Below are positions 48,436-57,159 of a stretch of 64,000 nucleotides of DNA, in pieces (the stretch's first letter is position 1; each line of letters begins with the position of its first letter). A model generated the notes under the pieces. The model was not told the DNA's origin. It ran no database searches and saw nothing but the letters and a program-made list of their open reading frames with translations. Both the position numbers and the translations under genes were made by a program. Location: sequence record NC_061449.1; one strand, given 5' to 3'.

Positions 48436-49149
48436 CTACACACCTTGATTAGCGAGGTAGGTATCGGTGATGTTTGAGGTCTTCTCCACGTTACCGCGAA
48501 TGTAACCAATCTCAAACACCTGCACGTTATGTTTGACAACTGCTTCACCAACTGTCTCACATGCGCCGCTATTCAAATCAAGGAAAGCCTGACACAGACG
48601 TTCAGCAACAGGCTTGGCCAGAATCTTCATCAGCGTGTGCTTTTGAATTGCAGTCAGCTTAATAGGCAGCGCGTCGATCTCACGCTCGATGTTCTTACGA
48701 CCACCATTGTAGATCCAACGACAGATGGTTGCAGTCAAAGGCTTCTGGTGAGTCTTCGAAGGCAATGTGTAGATGTAGGTCATCAGTCGATAGAACAGGC
48801 TGCCGTCGATTGCACGTTTCTTTAGGTCATCGAGATACTGACCAACAGGAACGAGCTTGGCTTTCTGTGGCACCATCTGATCGAGTTTGAGATCAACATC
48901 AAGCCCATAACGACGCAACGTTTCAGAATGTCCGAATACATATACAATATGATCGGGCATATCACGAATCGCTACTGCATTGCGTGAATACTCTTTCGTA
49001 CCTACAACAAACAGGTACTTGCGATATTTCTTTGAAGGGTCTATAGTACCACCAGGAGGAACGAATGTCACTCGGTCGGCTAGCCCCTTCTTTCTGAGCC
49101 AGCCCAGAACTTGCTCTGGGCTTTGCTGCGTTACTGCGATTACAGGCAT
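48436..49149 (-). CDS. Hypothetical protein, 237 aa
   Basis: GGAG RBS; operon packing. Confidence 0.6.
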   Translation of the reverse strand: MPVIAVTQQSPEQVLGWLRKKGLADRVTFVPPGGTIDPSKKYRKYLFVVGTKEYSRNAVAIRDMPDHIVYVFGHSETLRRYGLDVDLKLDQMVPQKAKLVPVGQYLDDLKKRAIDGSLFYRLMTYIYTLPSKTHQKPLTATICRWIYNGGRKNIEREIDALPIKLTAIQKHTLMKILAKPVAERLCQAFLDLNSGACETVGEAVVKHNVQVFEIGYIRGNVEKTSNITDTYLANQGV

Positions 49150-49151
49150 CG

Positions 49152-49472
49152 TTACTCCACCGTGTTCAGAGCTTGGGCAGTGTACTCACGCAAAGTACGT
49201 TCGATGTTTGTTGCCAACGTAGGATGACAGATCAGCTGGTGGTCTTTCATGTACACACGCAGAGACGGTCGCAGCACCTTACGCACTTGTGGGTAGAGGC
49301 CGAAGATTTTATGCAGAGGAGTCTTATAATAAAACTCCTCATGTTCCTCCATGCAGTTGACGTTGGCGACAACTTCATATTTGGCAAAGATGCCTGGGTT
49401 ACGATTGATATACGCAGGGTCAATAGGAACACTACCCTTCTCATGCTTAGTATCAAGCTGACCGAAGATCAT
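49152..49472 (-). CDS. Hypothetical protein
   Basis: Coupled to the SbcC stop (TAATG). Confidence 0.6.
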   Translation of the reverse strand: MIFGQLDTKHEKGSVPIDPAYINRNPGIFAKYEVVANVNCMEEHEEFYYKTPLHKIFGLYPQVRKVLRPSLRVYMKDHQLICHPTLATNIERTLREYTAQALNTVE

Positions 49473-51808
49473 TACATCACCTTACGTGTGAGTGCGGACC
49501 TGCCTTGCTTCTTAGTCACAGTCCACTGATTGTTAGAGAAATGCTCAACATCATTCGGAGTTATCCAGTAGATGTTCGGGATAATCTGTTTGAGTATCGG
49601 CAAGAAGTTATTGATGATATGCTCGCTCACGGCAGGACTGCAACTGTTATCAGGCTCGTCGAGAATGATAAAGTTCGTGCGTCGGTTAGCAGGGATGAAC
49701 GGCATGATCGCTACAGCAAACAACAGGCGGAAGCAGTTTGTCTCTGCACCACTCATGATTGCAATGTCGGTTGTCTTCTTAGAAGACACACGCGTAACGG
49801 TTGCACCAACACCTTGCTTGGTCGTGAACAAATCGAAACGCATAGGCTCAGGGAATACGAGAGCGCTGTATTCATTCAGCTTCGCTTCAATCTGTTTGAT
49901 ACGGCCTTCAACAGCTTTCAGTTTCAGAGCGTTGTTGCTATATGCCTTGTACAAGACTTCGAACACCTTGCGCTTATCAATCAGCGGTTGCAGGTCTGCG
50001 AGTTTACCACGAAGCTCTTTGAGAGTTTCCTCGTAGTGCTCATGCTCCTGAATACGCATCTGGATGTTCTGCGCTTTGCGTTCTTTCTTCTCGATATCGG
50101 TAATCAGCTTTTCAACTTCGGCGCTTACCTTTTTATATCGGCCATCGAGAATGTAGAATGGATCTTCCGGCTCACCAACAGCTTTGAGTGCAGCACGAAT
50201 GTCTTTCAGAATCTCAAGGTCCTTGATGCGGTTCTTGATTGTCTTACGAGCTTTCTTAGGCTGCTTCACTGCTTTTGGTTTCTTGAGCGCATCACGTCTG
50301 GCCACCAGCTTCTCATACTTCTTCGCTGTCTCGAATTGTTCTTCGATATCGTCCAGAGCAGCACCGACAGCTTTGAGTTTACGCTCAAGGTCTTTGCGCT
50401 TATGCTTAGGCTTCTTCACTTTGTTGTCTTGCAACTCGGTGAGTTCTGCATTCAGCTTGTGATATTCGATTGCTTCAATACACTCGTCAATGATTGCCTG
50501 AGCTTTCGTTGCAGCGCGAGCCATAGCTTTCAGGTTAACACCCTGACCGCACGTAGGACAAGAGTTGCCGTCGTGATCGTGTTCTTCAAACGCGCGATAC
50601 GCCTGAACTATTGCTTTGGCTTCTGCTCGGGAATCCTGTGCCTCTTCCTGAGTTCGTTTAGGAGCTTTGAGCTTAGACAGCTTTTTACTGAGCTTGTCCA
50701 CTGCTTCTCGCCAGTCGTCGTACTCTTCCTGCTGTTCATCGACTTTCTCCAATAACGCTTCGAGGCTTTCTTCCTCTTTAACTAAGCGTCCATGTTCTTT
50801 GCGTAGCTTTTTGTTGTCGAGATCAGCAACATCACCAAGCGCTTTGATTTTCTTTTTGACTTCGGACAGTTCAGACTGATACTCGTCCAGAGCTTCGACA
50901 AAGGCATCGTAGCGATCATGTTCTTGCAACAGACCGCGCAGATTGTTCAGTTCACCTTTAAGGTCGTCTGTCTCAATTCCCAACGTGTCGAGTTGGTGCT
51001 TGAGCTTTTCGTACTTCTTCGCAGTAGAACGTTGAGTACCGAGTTCAATCAATTGCTCGGACAACTCATTACGCCGCGCTTTCATCTTGTCAGAATGCTT
51101 GATGATTGCTTTCAGCGTATTCTTTTCTTCTGCGTGAATAGACAGGGCGTTCTGCTTACGTTGTGTAACGTCAAGCATATCAGCAAGACCCTTCGATTCT
51201 GTCTCGGCGTCTTTGGCCAAGTCCAGTTTCTTCTTCAACGCCTGACGAATGTTGTCGAAGATATCTAGGTTGAATAACGAAGTAAGGTACGTCAAGCGTT
51301 CAGCAGGTGTAGCACGTTGGAACGGATGCTGAATCTGCGACTGGATATACGCGTAACTGTAGAACTCGTCACGCGTTAAAGGCCAGTGCTTTGTCACCCA
51401 AGAACGAGCAACATCCTGACGGTCTACTTTCTGGTTCTCACCGTTATAGAATACCTGATACTTTGATTTGGTTTGAACGATACGAACTTCACCACCAAGA
51501 GGTGACTGCCACGCTAACTCGATTGAGCTGTCTTTACCGAGCATGTTCCCCTTGTCTTTCTTTTTCATTGCAAGAGGATCAGCTTCATACAGCAGCGTAG
51601 GAATTGCACCGAACAACAGGCTTTTGCCTACACCGTTCGTGTTGTCTTTAACGTTCGGACTGTCGAGGTTCTTACCGCAAATGGTTGCGAAGCCTTCACT
51701 GTCCAGTGTAGCAATATCAAGTTCTTCGTAAACACCAACGTCACGCAGATGGATTTCTTTCAATCCTATACCGTGATGCTGTTTTTGCTTTTGCTTCGCT
51801 TTGCCCAT
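49472..51808 (-). CDS. sbcC: SbcC/Rad50 (T4 gp46-like) SMC-type ATPase
   Basis: Walker A 'G.N......NGVGKS', Q-loop, coiled coils, Zn-hook 'CPTCGQ', signature 'MSGAE' and Walker B 'IILDEP'. Confidence 0.92.
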   Translation of the reverse strand: MGKAKQKQKQHHGIGLKEIHLRDVGVYEELDIATLDSEGFATICGKNLDSPNVKDNTNGVGKSLLFGAIPTLLYEADPLAMKKKDKGNMLGKDSSIELAWQSPLGGEVRIVQTKSKYQVFYNGENQKVDRQDVARSWVTKHWPLTRDEFYSYAYIQSQIQHPFQRATPAERLTYLTSLFNLDIFDNIRQALKKKLDLAKDAETESKGLADMLDVTQRKQNALSIHAEEKNTLKAIIKHSDKMKARRNELSEQLIELGTQRSTAKKYEKLKHQLDTLGIETDDLKGELNNLRGLLQEHDRYDAFVEALDEYQSELSEVKKKIKALGDVADLDNKKLRKEHGRLVKEEESLEALLEKVDEQQEEYDDWREAVDKLSKKLSKLKAPKRTQEEAQDSRAEAKAIVQAYRAFEEHDHDGNSCPTCGQGVNLKAMARAATKAQAIIDECIEAIEYHKLNAELTELQDNKVKKPKHKRKDLERKLKAVGAALDDIEEQFETAKKYEKLVARRDALKKPKAVKQPKKARKTIKNRIKDLEILKDIRAALKAVGEPEDPFYILDGRYKKVSAEVEKLITDIEKKERKAQNIQMRIQEHEHYEETLKELRGKLADLQPLIDKRKVFEVLYKAYSNNALKLKAVEGRIKQIEAKLNEYSALVFPEPMRFDLFTTKQGVGATVTRVSSKKTTDIAIMSGAETNCFRLLFAVAIMPFIPANRRTNFIILDEPDNSCSPAVSEHIINNFLPILKQIIPNIYWITPNDVEHFSNNQWTVTKKQGRSALTRKVM

Positions 51809-52008
51809 TAGACGTACTCGATTGTTTCTTCCTGGATAAGACCTTTACCGTGAATCTGTTCGAATACTTCGATTTCATCGGAGGTGTACGGCTCGGCAGA
51901 TTCTGCGATCACATCATACGCATATGATTCGTCGCGGGTATCGCTTGCGATTGGTTTTAAAACACGCCACATAGGCAGAGCGATCGGTTCACGTTGGATA
52001 GCAGGCAT
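51808..52008 (-). CDS. Hypothetical protein, 66 aa
   Basis: Coupled on both sides (TAATG). Confidence 0.55.
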   Translation of the reverse strand: MPAIQREPIALPMWRVLKPIASDTRDESYAYDVIAESAEPYTSDEIEVFEQIHGKGLIQEETIEYV

Positions 52009-52220
52009 TAGTGGAATACTCCCTGACGCTCAACCCACAGGTCAGCAGCACGATACACCTTGCGCAGCTCATTCAGTTTTTCTTCTGGCACAGGAGTAGC
52101 AGACGAGAAGATGCACTGTGGTGTCTTCTCCTCTTTGCCTGTTACTGGATTGATATCGGTGTCGTGACGCATTACGTTCCAGCGGCCATTCGAGCCACGG
52201 ATATTGATAGTCTGGTTCAT
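52008..52220 (-). CDS. Hypothetical protein, 70 aa
   Basis: Downstream of a CTGTAAATA motif; coupled to the next ORF. Confidence 0.55.
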   Translation of the reverse strand: MNQTINIRGSNGRWNVMRHDTDINPVTGKEEKTPQCIFSSATPVPEEKLNELRKVYRAADLWVERQGVFH

Positions 52221-52317
52221 GGTTAAAGCCCAAGTATTGGTATTAATGATACTCGTTATTTACAGTTTTGATCGGTATAGACAAAAAGAAGGGCCACCAG
52301 CAATGGCAGCCCAATCT

Positions 52318-52767
52318 TTAATAGCGTCTTGGTTTCTTAGGCTTTTTAGGCCTTGTGGATTTAGGACGTTTGATACGCTGTAGCGCTTTACGTGCCTCGG
52401 CAATTTGAGTAGATAGTGTTGCGCGTTGCTTCTTCGTCGCGTCAGTATCTTGGTCAGTGCCTTTCAATTTCTCAAGGCGATTCCACTCTTTCACCAAGCG
52501 ATCCACGACAGCAGCACGAGAGACACGTTGCTGGTTAGTGCGCACAATATCCTGTTGTGTCTTGACAGATCGCTGACTATCAAGCACTTTGGTTCGTGCA
52601 GACTCAATACCTTTCGTGTCACCCTCAGACTGTTTCTCGTTGAGCGCTTTACGGGCAGCGTTATTCCTGCGCTGTGCTCCTTTCAGATCATCACGCGAGT
52701 TTTCCAGACTCACTTTGGTATCTTCGAGTGGGCTTGAGCGCACACTCAAACTAACTTTGATTTCCAT
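52318..52767 (-). CDS. Basic coiled-coil protein with MEIKVSLSV leader
   Basis: GAGG RBS; shared leader; Lys/Arg/Pro tail. Confidence 0.6.
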   Translation of the reverse strand: MEIKVSLSVRSSPLEDTKVSLENSRDDLKGAQRRNNAARKALNEKQSEGDTKGIESARTKVLDSQRSVKTQQDIVRTNQQRVSRAAVVDRLVKEWNRLEKLKGTDQDTDATKKQRATLSTQIAEARKALQRIKRPKSTRPKKPKKPRRY

Positions 52768-52783
52768 GAATACCTCAGAAATG

Positions 52784-52811
52784 AAAAAAGGGCAGCCGAA
52801 GCCACCCTTTT
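52784..52811 (-). terminator. Intrinsic terminator, GGGTGGC-TTCG-GCTGCCC family
   Basis: Identical stem-loop plus U6. Confidence 0.8.
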
Positions 52812-52898
52812 GTAGATGGCGCGCTATGCACCCGACTGTTAAGTCTACTACAGTTATTTTACCTCGCAGTAGTCAGCGAGGAGATTGGGATCACCTCC

Positions 52899-53435
52899 TC
52901 ATGCTGATTGAAGATCGACAACTTCATCGTCTTCGATATCAGCGGCAGACCACGAACGAAGCACGGACGCATTGCCGCGATTGCCCGTCAACATCATTTT
53001 GATTGACGGTCGAGCATCGCGCTCTGCATAATGGTCGATAAGAGCTTTGTCATTAGCGAACCACAAAATGGAGTGACCACCTTTAGGGCAGATCAAGAAT
53101 TGAGGTGGACGCTGAGGAACGTTCAACGTCATGTAGAAATCACCAGCGCCAGTAGGACCAACCATAGGCATTGGCTTCATGACCTGCATAAAATCAGTGG
53201 CGTCTGTAAGACGTTTATCGCCCAGCAACCAGATAGCACCCTCTTCACCTTCACGCACAGCAGACAACGTGCCTTTGCGTGTAGTGATTGAACCGAATAC
53301 GTCTTGGTCAAATCGTGCAAGACCAAAGATAAGCGATGCGAGTTTCTTTAAGTCAGGCGTGGTACATGGACTTTCGATCTTCGCCATGCCCTCAGACCCA
53401 ACTGTAATCTTCGAGAGTGATACAAAGATTTCCAT
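52899..53435 (-). CDS. Hypothetical protein with MEIFVSLSK leader
   Basis: Shared leader. Confidence 0.6.
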   Translation of the reverse strand: MEIFVSLSKITVGSEGMAKIESPCTTPDLKKLASLIFGLARFDQDVFGSITTRKGTLSAVREGEEGAIWLLGDKRLTDATDFMQVMKPMPMVGPTGAGDFYMTLNVPQRPPQFLICPKGGHSILWFANDKALIDHYAERDARPSIKMMLTGNRGNASVLRSWSAADIEDDEVVDLQSA

Positions 53436-53502
53436 TATTGTCTTCCAGAGCTGTATGATTGATTGTAGTTAAAATTACTAACGAGTCAGACATTTCTGAA
53501 AT

Positions 53503-53534
53503 AAAAATGGGCAGCTATTTAGCCACCCATTTTT
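53503..53534 (-). terminator. Intrinsic terminator (loop variant of the family)
   Basis: ATGGGTGGCT-AAAT-AGCTGCCCAT-TTTT. Confidence 0.75.
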
Positions 53535-53545
53535 CACTTATTTAA

Positions 53546-54835
53546 TTACTTCTTCTTTTTCTTTTTCTTTTTCTTCTCTTTGGGTTCGTCGTCTTCGTCG
53601 TCGTTGCCCAAATCAACCACCAGCTTGCCGCTATAGATATCAGACATTGTTCTGGTAATGCCTGTTTCCAGCATGATATCCGCAGGTACCGATGTAGAGT
53701 TGAATGCTACTTCGGCTTCTGCTAATGCTGATTGCAGATATACCAGACTGACCAGATTGACTTTGATTTTGTCTTTCTTGGTCATGTTCATAAACATCTT
53801 GAGGCCCGCTGACTGCCACTTATTCGTTTCGGCGTAATGCCCCAGCACACCGTGAATGATCCAACGCGCTTTCGCTACTACTGCACGAGGGTTGTTCGCT
53901 TCACGCAGGAACTGAATAACACCAATCAGGTCCATACTGAGATAAGCACCAATCATCTGAACTGCTTTCGCTTCCATGTCGATTTCTGGATCAGCAGCAG
54001 CGAGTTCTGCAACTAGGTTCTTATCAAAGTCTTCGCCGCCTTTAACAGATGAGTAAATGTTTTGCAGCATGGTGATTGCACCACGCATCTGACCACCAGC
54101 GTATTCTGCAACCTGATACAATGCCGCCTCTGCTTTCTCACGCGCTTTGTCTTTCTTCGGCATGATATCCAGCTTCTCGCCAATCTCAACCAGACGCTTA
54201 TGAATCACGTCAGTTGGAATAGGTCTGATAGGCAGTTGCGTCATACGACTGATCATCGTGCCTTTCATCTTCTCTGGGTTCGTTGTTACGAAGATGAAGA
54301 CAACGTGCGCTGGTGGCTGTTCGGTAATCTTGAGCAGCTTGGATTCAGCAGCACTGGACATGAGGTGCGATTCATCGAAGATAAACACGCGACGTTTGAA
54401 CATAGGGCTTAACGGTGCAGAGTCAACGATCTTCTGTGAACCGTCTACTTTACCTGCATCGCCACCCATATCAAATTCTTGTACGTCCATGTGACCGCCA
54501 GTTTCCATAAGCTGACATGAACGACACTTGCCACACGCAGAGAACGAATCGCAGTTGATGTACTTCGCTACCAGACGTGCGAACGTTGTCTTACCAGAAC
54601 CGAGGTGGCCGGTAATGATCATCGTTGACGGAATCGTTTTCGACTTCTGCCAACCTTTCATGATCTTAACGATGTGGTCTTGACCAACGTAGTCTTCGAT
54701 ACGTTTAGGTCGGAACTGATCAGCAAAGTTAACCGTAGTCAACTCAACTGACTCAGAAGAACCGCTTTTCTTTTTCGATGGCTTATCGTCACCGAAGGAA
54801 CGCGCTTTCTTCTTTTTCTTTTCTTCTTTCGCCAT
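53546..54835 (-). CDS. dnaX: Clamp loader ATPase, DNA Pol III gamma/tau-like
   Basis: 'FRP.......GQ.H', Walker A 'GHLGSGKTT.AR', Zn module 'C....ACGKCRSC', 'FIFDESH.M' and 'LLK..EQPP...VFI..TT......TM.SR'. Confidence 0.92.
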   Translation of the reverse strand: MAKEEKKKKKARSFGDDKPSKKKSGSSESVELTTVNFADQFRPKRIEDYVGQDHIVKIMKGWQKSKTIPSTMIITGHLGSGKTTFARLVAKYINCDSFSACGKCRSCQLMETGGHMDVQEFDMGGDAGKVDGSQKIVDSAPLSPMFKRRVFIFDESHLMSSAAESKLLKITEQPPAHVVFIFVTTNPEKMKGTMISRMTQLPIRPIPTDVIHKRLVEIGEKLDIMPKKDKAREKAEAALYQVAEYAGGQMRGAITMLQNIYSSVKGGEDFDKNLVAELAAADPEIDMEAKAVQMIGAYLSMDLIGVIQFLREANNPRAVVAKARWIIHGVLGHYAETNKWQSAGLKMFMNMTKKDKIKVNLVSLVYLQSALAEAEVAFNSTSVPADIMLETGITRTMSDIYSGKLVVDLGNDDEDDEPKEKKKKKKKKK

Positions 54836-54980
54836 TTTACTTTCGCCCTATAGTTTGATGCGTTACATCAGGTATTTACAGTATTTGGACAAAAAGAAAG
54901 GACCACATCCAAAAATGGAGGGTCCTTATGGTGTTACAATAAGTTTTGGATGGTAACGCATCGGCAGTGGGCGCTGTCGA

Positions 54981-55178
54981 TTAGGCAAAGCACATCTCCC
55001 AGCGAGGTACAACGCGGAAGAAGTGCTTAAAGTTGGACGGTGGATTGTTCTTGATTGATTCAAGTTTCTGTTCCACAACGTCGTAATCTTTTATGCCACT
55101 CTCAACAGTGTGAGTGGTGAATGTACCGTCAGCCTGAATCAAGTCGGCGACAACACGGTAGCTTGGTTTACGAAGCAT
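54981..55178 (-). CDS. Hypothetical protein, 65 aa
   Basis: AGGAG RBS. Confidence 0.6.
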   Translation of the reverse strand: MLRKPSYRVVADLIQADGTFTTHTVESGIKDYDVVEQKLESIKNNPPSNFKHFFRVVPRWEMCFA

Positions 55179-55271
55179 CTATTCTCCTGTGCTAAAATTT
55201 CTCGTTCTTCTGAATTATGTTTACAGTTTACTGCGAGTAGTCACACAAGAATAAAGTCAGAAAAGTCTTAA

Positions 55272-55508
55272 ACTCCAATAGGCTCTCAGAGAAAACATAT
55301 TGGAGTCCACCCTCGCCAGATGACGGTCTAGCCAGGGCTTTCTCCCCGTGTCTTTCGAGTGCACCGACACGGTAGCGCTTGCGGTCTTACGCTCTCTGCG
55401 GCAGCGAACGTTTCGGCAGGTAGCGGAGTTCGCAGCCTAGAGCAGCCGCTTTTCGGCCATAGCGATAACGCGGTGTTACGCTACTTGGCCTAGGGTGACT
55501 CAGGGCCG
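55272..55508. ncRNA. Candidate structured non-coding RNA or cis element
   Basis: ORF-free and GC-richer than its flanks. Nested inverted repeats: 55303-13/55492-501, 55346-52/55366-72, 55391-400/55431-43, 55455-69/55475-90. Confidence 0.45.
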
Positions 55509-55516
55509 AGTCTGTA

Positions 55517-55568
55517 CAAAAAAGAGTTCGGCCTATCCCCAAATTCGGCAAAAGAAACAGGCCGAACT
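55517..55568 (-). terminator. Probable terminator of the HAD-gene operon
   Basis: 10-bp perfect inverted repeat (agttcggcct/aggccgaact) followed by T6 on the minus strand. Confidence 0.55.
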
Positions 55569-55647
55569 AAACAGTCAGCGCAAACTCCATATGCACTGTT
55601 TTGTACTGTTATAAATTATGAAACATTCCGAAATAATCAGACAATTC

Positions 55648-56235
55648 TTAGTTCAACATCGGACGCAGTTGTTTTAAGAAATGTTGCTTATCGAACGACG
55701 TGATTCGATGCGGATGATCAATGTGTTCGTTCCATCCTTTGGTGAACAGCAGCACGTTACGAGGCAACACCAGTTGGTCGCCGACTCGTGTGAACTTGTC
55801 ACGCACCGCAGTAACAGGATTGTCGTCAACCAGAATCCAAGTACCTTCACCGTACTTCTCATTCAGGTAAGCAATCTTGTCAGGGTGTTGGCGACTGTCC
55901 AGAACGTCGATGTGATCGAACAGCGACAGGTGCTTCTCCATAACCTTACGCGTGTTGCGTTCGCCTTTCGGGTGATAGCCTCGATGCGTACAAATGCCAA
56001 CACTGAATCCTTCATGCACCAACAGCGCAACGGTCTGGATGAAGTAGTCACGCATGTTGGCTTCTAGCATGAAGCGTCCATCTTCCAGCATGTCAATGAA
56101 AGGCTGCTTGCCGTTCTCTGGCGTGATGTATGTATCGGTGCCTGGGTAGATGCCCCAGTTCATCAGATAACACAACATGAAGTTATGCGTATCAAACGCC
56201 GTGTCGTCCATGTCAAAGAAAATATGTTTGATCAT
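55648..56235 (-). CDS. HAD-superfamily 5'(3')-deoxyribonucleotidase-like phosphatase
   Basis: Motif I 'FFDMDDT', motif II 'ICTHR', Lys in 'DK' and motif IV 'LVDDNP'. Confidence 0.85.
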   Translation of the reverse strand: MIKHIFFDMDDTAFDTHNFMLCYLMNWGIYPGTDTYITPENGKQPFIDMLEDGRFMLEANMRDYFIQTVALLVHEGFSVGICTHRGYHPKGERNTRKVMEKHLSLFDHIDVLDSRQHPDKIAYLNEKYGEGTWILVDDNPVTAVRDKFTRVGDQLVLPRNVLLFTKGWNEHIDHPHRITSFDKQHFLKQLRPMLN

Positions 56236-56579
56236 TAATGCCTCGTGCTTTTAACTACCAGAGGAATATCGTTGATGAAGGCTAAGGTCAACAACTCGCT
56301 GTTATAGCGCAGTCGCATTTCATCGGCGTTCATCACAACAATAATGTCGGCGAGAGGATCTACCTTGAAGATTGGAACCTCGATAAGCGTGACGGCATCT
56401 GAGTCTTCTTCGTCGTTTACGACAAAGTAGCCGCCATACATTAACACCGTGTCACCGGAATCGACAAGATGACCAACGATTGCATCGTCACCGTCCATGA
56501 TCATGTGCAGTGGCTGGTCGATGTAATAACCGCTGTCATCGTCTGCTCCGAATTCGAAATCGAAGTCCTCGTCGCCCAT
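56235..56579 (-). CDS. Acidic hypothetical protein
   Basis: Coupled to the HAD gene. Confidence 0.55.
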   Translation of the reverse strand: MGDEDFDFEFGADDDSGYYIDQPLHMIMDGDDAIVGHLVDSGDTVLMYGGYFVVNDEEDSDAVTLIEVPIFKVDPLADIIVVMNADEMRLRYNSELLTLAFINDIPLVVKSTRH

Positions 56580-56583
56580 ATAG

Positions 56584-57159
56584 CTATGCCCTCAAATCAA
56601 CCAAGATTGATGCAGACAAATCTCGGAGCATATCACGGCCGAGAGGTGTGTACATCGTTTGAGCTACCACAATGCGTTCAAGGAAGAGGCGCGAGCTGAT
56701 AACATCTCTGCCTGTTTTCTGTTGAACGAAGTCGATGATGGAAGATGGAGGTTGAATGAGGAACGTTAAGATCTCAGCATCGTGAAGCACGTTGCCCATC
56801 TCTGTCACAGGACGCATCTCTGTCTCCTGATCGAGTATGTAAGAGATCACACGGTCCTCATTACCAATATTGCGATGTGTCTTGAAGAACCTACGTGCAG
56901 CATTAACAGTCTGCATGAAATCGTATTCCGAAGAAGTCGGCATACGGAGAAATAGGGAAGCGAGCAGCAGATTTATTTCTAACTTCGGACCTTGCTCAAT
57001 GTTCAGCATGGCGTGTGAGGTTAACACGACATTCAGCGAGAAGTCACGAGTGTAGAGTGGGTGAGAGATCGCTGTCTGATCGAAGTAGTCAAGGGCTTGA
57101 CGTAACCCTTGACGATTCAACAGGTGCTCTGCCTTGATACGAGTTAGGCGCTGCATCAT
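56584..57159 (-). CDS. Degenerate HD-domain protein
   Basis: HD-fold pattern present ('LLLASLF', 'VISYIL', 'P.T....LHDAE'), but the metal-binding His and His-Asp are missing. Confidence 0.5.
   Translation of the reverse strand: MMQRLTRIKAEHLLNRQGLRQALDYFDQTAISHPLYTRDFSLNVVLTSHAMLNIEQGPKLEINLLLASLFLRMPTSSEYDFMQTVNAARRFFKTHRNIGNEDRVISYILDQETEMRPVTEMGNVLHDAEILTFLIQPPSSIIDFVQQKTGRDVISSRLFLERIVVAQTMYTPLGRDMLRDLSASILVDLRA

Noticed and set aside
53546-54835. Programmed frameshift producing gamma/tau forms as in E. coli dnaX
   Set aside because: The ORF is only 429 aa with no tau-like C-terminal extension in another frame. The A-rich runs encode terminal poly-Lys, and a terminator follows immediately.
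55272-55508. tRNA, tmRNA, RNase P, hammerhead or self-splicing intron identity for the structured element
   Set aside because: No T-loop/CCA, no GGGGC..GAC tmRNA 5' end, no GAGGAAAGUCC, no CUGANGA/GAAA core pairing, and no flanking interrupted gene.
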